Shown here: positions 38,201-45,972 of the stretch, in pieces | Position numbering within the stretch: position 1 is the first letter of the stretch | Layout of the letters: each line of letters opens with the position of its first letter | Source of the DNA: Clostridia bacterium | GTDB lineage: Bacteria > Bacillota > Clostridia > TANB77 > CAG-508 | Assembly (NCBI GenBank): GCA_017886645.1 | Contig: JAGHJM010000068.1 | Span: forward strand, 1 to 49,094 | Direction of reading: 5' to 3' | Length of the DNA: 49,094 nucleotides | Made by a program: the position numbers and the translations under genes | Notes under the pieces: generated by a model | Databases searched by the model: none | Told to the model about the DNA's origin: nothing | The model's input: the letters and a program-made list of their open reading frames with translations, nothing else

Positions 38201-39554
38201 CCATATAAGTATTATTGAAATCATTTAAAATAAAATTTTTTTCTTCTGGGGTAATAATTTCAATATCTTTAATTAACAAATTATTAGATGATAATAACTG
38301 CGAAATTATATAGCATATTCTATTATGCAAACGTACAATATCTTCTTGAGTATATTTATTCATACGATAATCGTATGCTATATTTAAAATACCTTCATCA
38401 TTCATGTCAAACAAATGAATTTGCATAGAATCTGCAACATTTTTGTTAAATGTCCATCTTACTTCATAGTCAATATCAGAACTATTTCTGTTTGTTTTTG
38501 TATTTTGATAAGAAATTAAAATATCATATAAGTTAGGTTGAGAAGGATTATTTTTTCTAATGTATTCTAATATATTTTCATATGGATATTTTTGGTGTCT
38601 AAACATACTTAAAGCATCAAATGCAATATTTTTACATAAATCAATAAAACTATAATTTTTATCAATAAAAAATTTAAAAGGAAGTGTACTTATAAACATT
38701 CCTGGGGTATTTTTTTCAACAAAATTAGATCTATTTAAAATAGGAGTACCTATTATAAATTTTTCTAAAGAAGTAACTTTACTAATGTAGATTGCATAAA
38801 TACCCATAAAAAAGTTAAATACAGAAATTTTATATTTTGAGCAAAATTCATTAATTAATTTCATATTAGAATTAGAAATTGTAAATGATTTTCTATTTGC
38901 TCTGCAAGAGACCGTATTTTCATCTTTAATAGAAGGAATAGATGCTACTTCATAATTAGTAGAAAATATCTCTTCCCAATATTCTTTATCTTTTCTAAAT
39001 TTTGTATCAGAAAAGTATGATTTTTCTGAATTTATATAATTAATATAAGATGTTGGGGAATCTGTAGAATCTATACCTTGTACCAATGAAGAGTAAATTG
39101 TTATAATTTTACTTGCAACTAAACTTGCAGTACAAGCGTCGGCTACTAAATGGTGGGCGTTAACAATAAAACCACCAGAATTATCTTTAAAACGAAATAA
39201 TTGAATTTTAAAAAGTTGAGAATCAACTAAAGAAAATGGAATTGATGCTATTTTATTTTCCAATAACAATAAATCATCATAACTATTTAATAAAATAATA
39301 GGGTCACTATCTAAAATATAGTCATTAGAAAAATATTGCTTATATTCCTGCTTATCATTTAAGGTTAAACGAATTCTAAAACTATCATTTTCTTTTAAAA
39401 ATATATGAATTGCATTAATTAGTTTTTCAAAATTAATTTTTTCTTTTATTAGTACAGTTCCACAAATATTATTAACTGTAGTATTTTTATAGAACTGTTC
39501 TGTATATAATATTGCTTTTTGTGGACTAGTTAAATTATATAAATTTTTCCCCAT
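35238..39554 (-). CDS. Monomodular NRPS, C-A-T-R (terminal thioester reductase)
   Basis: C 'HHLVADA'; A 'YTSGSTGKPKG','NMYGPTETT','QVKIRGYRIE','PLTPNGK'; T 'FLDLGLDSL'; R 'FLTGSNGFVG','YVNSK'; start could extend to 39566. Confidence 0.93.
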   Translation of the reverse strand: MGKNLYNLTSPQKAILYTEQFYKNTTVNNICGTVLIKEKINFEKLINAIHIFLKENDSFRIRLTLNDKQEYKQYFSNDYILDSDPIILLNSYDDLLLLENKIASIPFSLVDSQLFKIQLFRFKDNSGGFIVNAHHLVADACTASLVASKIITIYSSLVQGIDSTDSPTSYINYINSEKSYFSDTKFRKDKEYWEEIFSTNYEVASIPSIKDENTVSCRANRKSFTISNSNMKLINEFCSKYKISVFNFFMGIYAIYISKVTSLEKFIIGTPILNRSNFVEKNTPGMFISTLPFKFFIDKNYSFIDLCKNIAFDALSMFRHQKYPYENILEYIRKNNPSQPNLYDILISYQNTKTNRNSSDIDYEVRWTFNKNVADSMQIHLFDMNDEGILNIAYDYRMNKYTQEDIVRLHNRICYIISQLLSSNNLLIKDIEIITPEEKNFILNDFNNTYMDYNKTLTVIDLFEKQVKKNPNNIALIFEDQSFTYKELNKKANQLAYYLLDNGIKAKDVVGIMIHRSSEMIIAILAVLKLGATYLPIDPEYPIERINYMLEDSHSKTILVHSATLNLNIGDNYTKINVDINSDFYNNQNTNNLNIKINPRDLIYLIYTSGSTGKPKGVMITHQNITNFILGEKQYINFSKNKVMVSVTTICFDIFALEIWGALTSGIKLVLASDVEQVSPFKLKELCEKNNVTMIQTTPSRYSAILADIDKDDDFWNIFSDIMVGGEPFPKLLLQKLRTNVHANIFNMYGPTETTVWSTIKDLTKSSKITVGIPITNTTCYILDKDMNILPPGVPGELYIGGDGVCPGYWNRDELTNDKFKPSPFKTGEIIYNTNDLAYIDYNGEIVHLGRTDFQVKIRGYRIELEEIQTKILGFNGIKDAVVLAKDNKFLVCYYVANKECNFSEITSYLLESLPNYMIPAYFIKIPSIPLTPNGKLNRNLLPEIPSEEQNIEEPSTKTEKQLAEVITNILGKKKLNINSSFLDLGLDSLNIIKAQTMLLKYNYVLTTQDFYKYPTIKKLSQRIDANISNFDEQDVQIPKQFKHTNANLEEALNNINIDDDTLGNVFLTGSNGFVGIHVLYELLNTTNNTIYCLVRGRSYEHSLERLTKAYKFYFNTDISKYINDRIIVVSGDVTLPNFGIDISVFNTYINKFSTIIHTAAIVKHYGSFSDFEKININGTKSISAFAFAYKKRLIHISSISVSGNYLVKQCNRDVTFSENTLYIGQHYTDNVYVNSKFESEKIVLSYMEKGLIAQIHRIGILSARYSDGMFQEKIYENAFYNRLKSMVQIGAVTDSMLPQMIEFTPIDYCAGAIVLLAKQSDCNNKIYNLYNPNLVSIKDLIVSFKKSNVLISILSEKEFDERLHMLSSESDSSLSYIINDVTYNSNHLLTLNYDYTVHIKSDFTQKYLEKLNFKWPYPDSDYIKKLLDYMKKTHFIN

Positions 39555-39579
39555 AATTATCACCAATTTTATAAAGTAT

Positions 39580-41289
39580 TTAATTATTACTATTACGTAA
39601 ATTAATCTTTTTTAATTCTTCGCTTCTTTTTATCTTTTGCGTGGTAGTCTTAATTAAAGGCTCATTAGTTAAAGTGAATTTTCTTATATATTTATATATT
39701 GGAAGATTTTTATTAATCATACTAATTTCATTAGTAATTTTATCATGTAATAAATTTTCGTCCATATTTAAAGAAGAGATATATTCTTTAGAATAAACAA
39801 TTTCTGCACATATTTTTTCATTTTCTTCATAAACCATACTTTCTAAAATATAGTCAGACTTATTTAACAAATCCTCTAATTCCTGTGGAAAAACTTTTTT
39901 TCCATTTGAAAGTACAATAACATCTTTTTTTCTACCAGTAATAAATAAACGTCCTTTTTTATCAAAATGGCCAATATCACCAGTATAAAACCATCCATCT
40001 ATTATTGATTTTTTAGTTAAATCTTCATTGTTGTAATAACCCAACATGATGTTTGGTCCTTTAACTAAAATTTCTCCGTCACCGTTGGAATCAGGATTAT
40101 TAATTTTTACTTGTAAATTATGCAAAGGATATCCACAACATCCTGATGCATCATGATATTTGTCACTTTCACAAGATATAACAGGAGAAGTCTCAGTTAA
40201 GCCATAACCTTGAATCATATCAATTCCAATTGAATTAAATAATTTAATTTTCTTTTTATCAGATGAGGCAGAACCATAAATAATTGTTCTAAGATTTCCT
40301 CCTAAGTTATCCAGAACTTCCTTAAAGAATTTTCTTCTTAAGTCTATACCAAAAAATCTTAAGAAGTTTGAAACTTTACACATTATCATAAATAAAGTAT
40401 ATTTTTTCTTTTTCTTAACTCCCTTAATAATTTGTTTGTACATAATATCAATTAATGCTGGAACACAAACTAATCCACTAATTTTATATTCGATTAAGTT
40501 TTTACCAATATCTTTTATGCTATCTGCAAAACATATTCTAAAACCTACATAATAGCAGAATAAGAAACTTGCAGTACAAGCAAGAGTATGATGTAATGGT
40601 AAAAATACTAATATACTATCATTAGGTTCATATTTAATTAAAGTAGTCATTGCGGAAACATTTGAACAAATATTATATTGTGATAGCATAACAGCTTTAG
40701 GATTGCCTGTTGTACCAGATGTATATAATAAAACTGATAATTTATCTTTATCTATTTTTATAGAATCATATTTAGTATCATTAGAATCTAAAAAAGATTT
40801 CCCTTTATTTAAAAGACGACAATAAGATAGTATGTTATCTTCGTCTGAAGGAAAATCCATACAAATACAATATTTTAAGTTTGTATTATTAGAATTAAGT
40901 AGGTCTTTTATTAACTTAAGATGTTTTGAGTCAAAAATAACAGCATCAACTTTACTGTTAACTATTAAAGTTGATAATTCAACATCAGGAGATAAATGAT
41001 CTAATGGAACTACAATGTTATTAGAGGTCGATATAGCAAAATAGCTAGTACACCATTCATATCTAGGTGAAGAAATTAAAGCTATTTTTTTATCAATTAA
41101 CCCCATATTTAGTAAAGCGGTTCCTATAGACTTAATATCATATTTAAAATCATTAAATGAAATATCATATAATTTTTTATTCGAATCTTTTATTGTAAAT
41201 GCAATTTTATCTCCAAATTCCTTAGTAGTGATATCAATTAATTGTCTGAAATCATTGGCAGTTTTTTCGCTATAAATTTTGTTTTTCAT
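39580..41289 (-). CDS. Long-chain fatty acyl-CoA/AMP ligase
   Basis: 'LLYTSGTTGNPKAVML','FLPLHH','QGYGLTETSP','GWFYTGDIG','ITGRKKDVIVLSNGKKVFP'; AGGAG SD before ATG 41289. Confidence 0.9.
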   Translation of the reverse strand: MKNKIYSEKTANDFRQLIDITTKEFGDKIAFTIKDSNKKLYDISFNDFKYDIKSIGTALLNMGLIDKKIALISSPRYEWCTSYFAISTSNNIVVPLDHLSPDVELSTLIVNSKVDAVIFDSKHLKLIKDLLNSNNTNLKYCICMDFPSDEDNILSYCRLLNKGKSFLDSNDTKYDSIKIDKDKLSVLLYTSGTTGNPKAVMLSQYNICSNVSAMTTLIKYEPNDSILVFLPLHHTLACTASFLFCYYVGFRICFADSIKDIGKNLIEYKISGLVCVPALIDIMYKQIIKGVKKKKKYTLFMIMCKVSNFLRFFGIDLRRKFFKEVLDNLGGNLRTIIYGSASSDKKKIKLFNSIGIDMIQGYGLTETSPVISCESDKYHDASGCCGYPLHNLQVKINNPDSNGDGEILVKGPNIMLGYYNNEDLTKKSIIDGWFYTGDIGHFDKKGRLFITGRKKDVIVLSNGKKVFPQELEDLLNKSDYILESMVYEENEKICAEIVYSKEYISSLNMDENLLHDKITNEISMINKNLPIYKYIRKFTLTNEPLIKTTTQKIKRSEELKKINLRNSNN

Positions 41290-41494
41290 ACCAAAATCTC
41301 CTACACTCAAAATATCAAACTCATTTTATCATTTTATATTTTATTATACAACACTTTTGTTAATAAATTATTCTAAAAAATGCAGTAGGAAAGCTAATTT
41401 AGTTAAATTATACTAAATAATAAAGTGAAGTTTTTGTTTAAAAAAAATAATTGTGTTTAAAATATAAATATGAAAGGAAAGTGATATAAAAAAT

Positions 41495-42631
41495 ATGGCA
41501 AAATACATAAAAAGAGAAAAAAGTAAAAAAGCAAAAAAATACTTATTAGGAATAATAATAAGCTTTTTAATTATATTAGTAATTGCACTATTATATCAAA
41601 TGTATATAAAAATAGATGTAAAAGAAGAAAATGAAGGATTTTCTGCCGAAAGAACCGTACAAACAGTAGAAACAAATGAAAATATAACAACAGTACTGGA
41701 AAATACTACACAATGCGTTGTAGGAATATCTAAATTAAAAAATACAGGAAGTACCATATTTTTAAACGATGGTGTTAGCCAATTAGGATTGGGAAGCGGA
41801 GTTATAATAACAGAAAATGGGTATATTTTGTCAAATGAACATGTAACAGGAGAAAAATATAGTACATGCTATGTTACATTAGAAGATGGTAGAAACTACA
41901 AAGCAAATGTAGTGTGGTCAGACTCAAATATAGATTTATCAATATCTAAAATTAATATGACAGGATTGCCATATGCTAATCTTGGAAATTCTGAAAATAT
42001 AAGAATAGGACAAAGTGTTTATGCAATAGGAAATCCAATTGGATTTGAATTTCAAAGGACAGTAACAGCAGGGATTATAAGTGCAGTTGATAGAACAATA
42101 AAAATAGACGAAGAAGATGAAAATGGAAATGAAATTACATCTTATATGGATGATTTAATACAAACAGATGCTACAATTAATAAAGGAAATAGTGGAGGAC
42201 CACTAATAAATGAAAATGGGGAGATTATAGGAATAACATCTGTAAAAATTACATCTGCAGAGGGAATTGGGTTTGCAGTACCAATAAATATAATAAAACC
42301 AATCATAGATAAATATAAAACAGACGGAAAATTTGAAGAAGCAACACTAGGAATTTTTGCATATGATAAAAATATAATTCCATATATAGATTCAAATATA
42401 AGTTTAGATAAAGGAATTTATGTAGCTCAAATAGTAAATTACTCACCAGCAAGTAAAGCTAATTTAAAGGTGGGAGATGTAATAGAAAAAATTGATGATG
42501 TAGAACTAAATAAAATGAGCGATTTAAGAAGATATATTTATCAGAAAAATCCAGGAGATAAAGTAAATTTAACAATATATAGGAATAAAAAAGAGTATAA
42601 TATAGAAATAACTCTTGGAAAAAAATCATGA
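41495..42631 (+). CDS. htrA: HtrA-family serine protease with PDZ domain
   Basis: TM anchor, 'GSGVII','LSNEHV','IQTDATINKGNSGGPL', C-terminal PDZ. Confidence 0.93.
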   Translation: MAKYIKREKSKKAKKYLLGIIISFLIILVIALLYQMYIKIDVKEENEGFSAERTVQTVETNENITTVLENTTQCVVGISKLKNTGSTIFLNDGVSQLGLGSGVIITENGYILSNEHVTGEKYSTCYVTLEDGRNYKANVVWSDSNIDLSISKINMTGLPYANLGNSENIRIGQSVYAIGNPIGFEFQRTVTAGIISAVDRTIKIDEEDENGNEITSYMDDLIQTDATINKGNSGGPLINENGEIIGITSVKITSAEGIGFAVPINIIKPIIDKYKTDGKFEEATLGIFAYDKNIIPYIDSNISLDKGIYVAQIVNYSPASKANLKVGDVIEKIDDVELNKMSDLRRYIYQKNPGDKVNLTIYRNKKEYNIEITLGKKS

Positions 42632-42682
42632 AAAGCTTACTAAAATAAGCATTTTAGAAGAAATGTGAAAGTTTTGTAACTT

Positions 42683-42709
42683 TTAGCACTCTACACTTGA
42701 CTCTGCTAA
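42683..42709 (+). promoter_or_regulatory. Degenerate CIRCE (HrcA operator) overlapping the hsp20 -35
   Basis: TTAGCACTC-N9-CTCTGCTAA versus consensus TTAGCACTC-N9-GAGTGCTAA; TTGACT at 42697 and TATAAT at 42719. Confidence 0.7.
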
Positions 42710-42795
42710 AAAGGGGTATATAATATATTATGTAAAAAGAAAATGTGCTACATTTAAAAGATGTCAACACATAATAAAAAAAGGAGTTGATTATT

Positions 42796-43212
42796 ATGAT
42801 GTTAGTACCAAGAAGAAAAGGAAATTTTGATTTATTTGATGAAATGTTTAATGATCCTTTCTTTGAAAGAAATGAAAACAAAATTATGAAAACTGATATT
42901 AAAGAAAAGGGTGACAAATATTTAGTAGAAATTGATTTACCAGGATATGAAAAAGAAGATATAAAAATAGAAGTGGAAGATGGATACTTAACAGTACATG
43001 CAAAAGTAAATAAAGCAGAAGTAGAAAGTAAGGAAGATGGAAAGTATATTCAAAAAGAAAGATATTCTGGAGAATGTGCAAGAAGTTTTTATATAGGAGA
43101 AGATATTAAACAAGAAGATATTAAAGCAAACTTTAAAAATGGAATGTTAACCCTAAGTTTTCCAAGGACAAGAAAAGAAAAAAGTGATAAAAAATACATT
43201 GACATTGAATAA
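42796..43212 (+). CDS. Small heat-shock protein Hsp20/alpha-crystallin
   Basis: 'MKTDIKE','DLPGYEKEDI','ERYSG..ARSFY','IKANFKNGMLTLSFP'. Confidence 0.93.
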   Translation: MMLVPRRKGNFDLFDEMFNDPFFERNENKIMKTDIKEKGDKYLVEIDLPGYEKEDIKIEVEDGYLTVHAKVNKAEVESKEDGKYIQKERYSGECARSFYIGEDIKQEDIKANFKNGMLTLSFPRTRKEKSDKKYIDIE

Positions 43213-43225
43213 AATCAAATAAAAC

Positions 43226-43258
43226 AAAGCATCTAAATTTTTAATTTAGATGCTTTTT
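43226..43258 (+). terminator. Terminator after hsp20
   Basis: AAAGCATCTAAATT/AATTTAGATGCTTT stem plus T run. Confidence 0.75.
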
Positions 43259-43272
43259 CTAGTTTAGAGAAT

Positions 43273-43302
43273 AAAAAAACGGAAGCCTATAAAAGGCTTC
43301 CG
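43273..43302 (-). terminator. Terminator of the 43317-43754 gene
   Basis: CGGAAGCCT/AGGCTTCCG stem with T run on the minus strand. Confidence 0.75.
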
Positions 43303-43316
43303 GCAAGAGATATGAC

Positions 43317-43754
43317 TTAATTAAGTTTTTTAATAAAGAACGAGGAAATAACTGTTGACAATGGTCTTATGATTAAATATGGAATAATTATGAGTATAAC
43401 TACTATTATATTTACTTGAAAAAACATATCAGAAAAGAATGCTAATAGTAAAGGAACATAAATAATCCAAAGCAAATAATTGGATACGGATTTCCTGTTA
43501 CTTAGTAAAACATAAAGAATGTTGTTTTTAAAAAGCGTACGCAAATTTGTTTTCAAAAGAACTTGTGCTGTGAAATTAGTAAGTATTAATGCTAACAATA
43601 CATAGAGTATGACTGACAATGTTTTATCGTTTGTTCCAAACTGATACAAAATAACAAAAGTGCATAGAATAATAGCAATACAAATGTTTAAAATTTTTAC
43701 AGCGATTTGATTCCGTAGTGAATAAATAAACCATATTTTCAATGTTCTTAACAT
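43317..43754 (-). CDS. Hypothetical 4-TM membrane protein
   Basis: GGAGG SD, hydrophobic 145-aa ORF, own terminator; no family recognised. Confidence 0.6.
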   Translation of the reverse strand: MLRTLKIWFIYSLRNQIAVKILNICIAIILCTFVILYQFGTNDKTLSVILYVLLALILTNFTAQVLLKTNLRTLFKNNILYVLLSNRKSVSNYLLWIIYVPLLLAFFSDMFFQVNIIVVILIIIPYLIIRPLSTVISSFFIKKLN

Positions 43755-43895
43755 ATCTCAATACCTCCAAATTAACAAAAAGTTGATATAACATAATTAT
43801 TGAAATATCTATATGTTAACATAAAACACATAAAAAATCAATATTTATAAAATATGTAAAATAAATATAATAAAAAATATAAAAAAATTTTTTTA

Positions 43896-43912
43896 TTCGA
43901 CAGGTTTCGACA
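43896..43912. promoter_or_regulatory. Tandem Spo0A boxes
   Basis: TTCGACA twice, 10 bp apart, upstream of an extended -10 (TGCTATAAT, 43931-43939). Confidence 0.7.
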
Positions 43913-43956
43913 TAAGAGACAAATATAATGTGCTATAATTACTTTGAGGTGATTTT

Positions 43957-44148
43957 ATGCATGAATTTTATGAAAAATCCCTACAAAAGATAAGAGAGCT
44001 AAAAAATATTCCGTCTGAAAGTGAATGGAATAAAATTGCTATGGAGGAAGGCTTATTGAGTTCCGAAAGTCTAAAATTTATAAGTAAAAAGAGATTTAAG
44101 GAACTATGTTTAGAAATTAGGAAAAATGATGAAGACATAAAAAAATAA
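43957..44148 (+). CDS. Small hypothetical protein (63 aa)
   Basis: GAGGTG SD, promoter upstream, terminator at about 44201-44231. Confidence 0.7.
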   Translation: MHEFYEKSLQKIRELKNIPSESEWNKIAMEEGLLSSESLKFISKKRFKELCLEIRKNDEDIKK

Positions 44149-44313
44149 AGATATGTTTTTATCAGGAAAGTAATCCTAATTTAAATTATATTTTTATTAG
44201 AGCAAGTAATTAATTGATAATTACTTGCTTTTATGTTAGAATTTGGGTAATAGTCAGAATAAAAACAATAAAATTAATAATAATAAAGATTGAAGGTTAT
44301 TTAGGAGAAAATA

Positions 44314-44976
44314 ATGAAAACGATATTAATTGTAGAAGATAATATTGATATTCATAACTTAATACAAGAAATTTTACAAAAAGAAAATTATAGAGTTATA
44401 AATAGTTATTCAGGAACAGAAGCTTTAATGATGCTAGAAAAAGAAAAAATAGATTTAATTTTATTAGATTTAATGCTTCCTGGATTAAGCGGAGAAGAAA
44501 TTATAAAAAAAGTAAAAAATATTCCTATTATAGTTATTAGTGCAAAAATATCTCCGGAAGATAAAGTAAATGTATTGCTAAATGGGGCAAATGACTATAT
44601 AACAAAACCATTTAATAAAGAAGAACTTTTAGCAAGAATTAAAGTTCAATTAAGAATTAACGCAGATAGAAAAGAAAGAAAAGAGTTGAAGTATAAGGAT
44701 ATGTATTTAAAAGAAGACAAACATACCTTATATATTAAAGATAGAAAATTACATTTAACTAAAACAGAATATGCGATATTAAAACAATTACTTATAAATC
44801 CAAAAGAAGTAGTAACAAAGAGCAAATTACTTGAATTAATTAGCGATGATACTTTAGATTGTGATGAAAACTCATTAAAAGTTCATATAAGTAATATAAG
44901 AAAGAAAATACGAAGTGTAACTCAAGAAGAATATATAGAATCTGTATGGGGCATAGGGTTTAAAATTCACGAGTAA
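44314..44976 (+). CDS. OmpR-family response regulator
   Basis: 'ILIVEDN','LILLDLMLP','GANDYITKPF', winged helix 'KVHISNIRKK..IESVWGIGF'. Confidence 0.95.
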   Translation: MKTILIVEDNIDIHNLIQEILQKENYRVINSYSGTEALMMLEKEKIDLILLDLMLPGLSGEEIIKKVKNIPIIVISAKISPEDKVNVLLNGANDYITKPFNKEELLARIKVQLRINADRKERKELKYKDMYLKEDKHTLYIKDRKLHLTKTEYAILKQLLINPKEVVTKSKLLELISDDTLDCDENSLKVHISNIRKKIRSVTQEEYIESVWGIGFKIHE

Positions 44977-44978
44977 AA

Positions 44979-45022
44979 TCTTAACTGAATTTTAACTATT
45001 TTCTTAACCGATTTCTTAACTA
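44979..45022 (+). promoter_or_regulatory. Four direct repeats (TTAAC core), probable OmpR-type binding sites
   Basis: TTAAC at 44981, 44992, 45004 and 45016, upstream of the ABC gene. Confidence 0.6.
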
Positions 45023-45057
45023 TTTAATAATAAAATAAATATTGAGAGGAGGAGGTT

Positions 45058-45972
45058 ATGGAATATATATTAGAAACACATAATTTAGAAAAAAAATATG
45101 GTCGTTTTAAAGTATTAAGCAATTTAAATATGCACATACCAAAAGGTTCTATATATGGACTTATTGGGAAAAATGGTGCAGGTAAAACTACATTAATTAG
45201 AATAGTTTGTGGATTACAAAAACCAACATTGGGGACATACACTTTGTATGGAATTTCAAATGAAAGTCGTAAGATAATTAATGCAAGAAAAAGAATAGGA
45301 GCAATTATAGAATCTCCATCAATATGTCTTGACATGACAGCAGAAGATAATTTAAAAGAGCAGTATAAAGTCATAGGGATTCCTAATTTTGATAATTTAC
45401 ATGAAATATTAAAACTAGTAAGGTTAGACGATACGGGGAAAAAGACTGCAAAACATTTTTCTTTAGGAATGAAACAAAGATTAGCAATAGCAATAGCATT
45501 AGTAGGAAATCCAGATTTACTTATTTTAGATGAACCTATAAACGGACTAGACCCAGAAGGAATTATTGAGATTAGAGAATTAATTTTAAAATTAAATAAA
45601 GAAAAAGGAATTACTTTTCTAATCTCAAGCCATTATTTAGATGAGCTATCTAAAATTGCAACATGTTATGGCTTCATCGATAAATGTAGAATTGTTAAAG
45701 AAATTAGTAGTGAGGAATTAGAGCAAAATTTTAGAAAGAAAACACAAATAAATGTAAACAACGTAAAAGAATGTGTTAAATATTTAGAAGAAAATAAAAT
45801 ACAGTATAAAGTTATTTCTGATGAAATAATTGATATATATGATAAAATAAACATTTCAGACTTTGTTATTGCACTTTCTAAAAGAGATTGTATAGTAAAT
45901 AACATGCAAGAAAAAGACGAATCTCTTGAAAACTATTATTTGAATTTAATAGGAGGTGCAGACAATGTATAA
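45058..45972 (+). CDS. BcrA/LanF-like ABC transporter ATP-binding protein
   Basis: GKNGAGKTT, FSLGMKQRL, ILDEPINGLDP, ISSH. Confidence 0.92.
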   Translation: MEYILETHNLEKKYGRFKVLSNLNMHIPKGSIYGLIGKNGAGKTTLIRIVCGLQKPTLGTYTLYGISNESRKIINARKRIGAIIESPSICLDMTAEDNLKEQYKVIGIPNFDNLHEILKLVRLDDTGKKTAKHFSLGMKQRLAIAIALVGNPDLLILDEPINGLDPEGIIEIRELILKLNKEKGITFLISSHYLDELSKIATCYGFIDKCRIVKEISSEELEQNFRKKTQINVNNVKECVKYLEENKIQYKVISDEIIDIYDKINISDFVIALSKRDCIVNNMQEKDESLENYYLNLIGGADNV

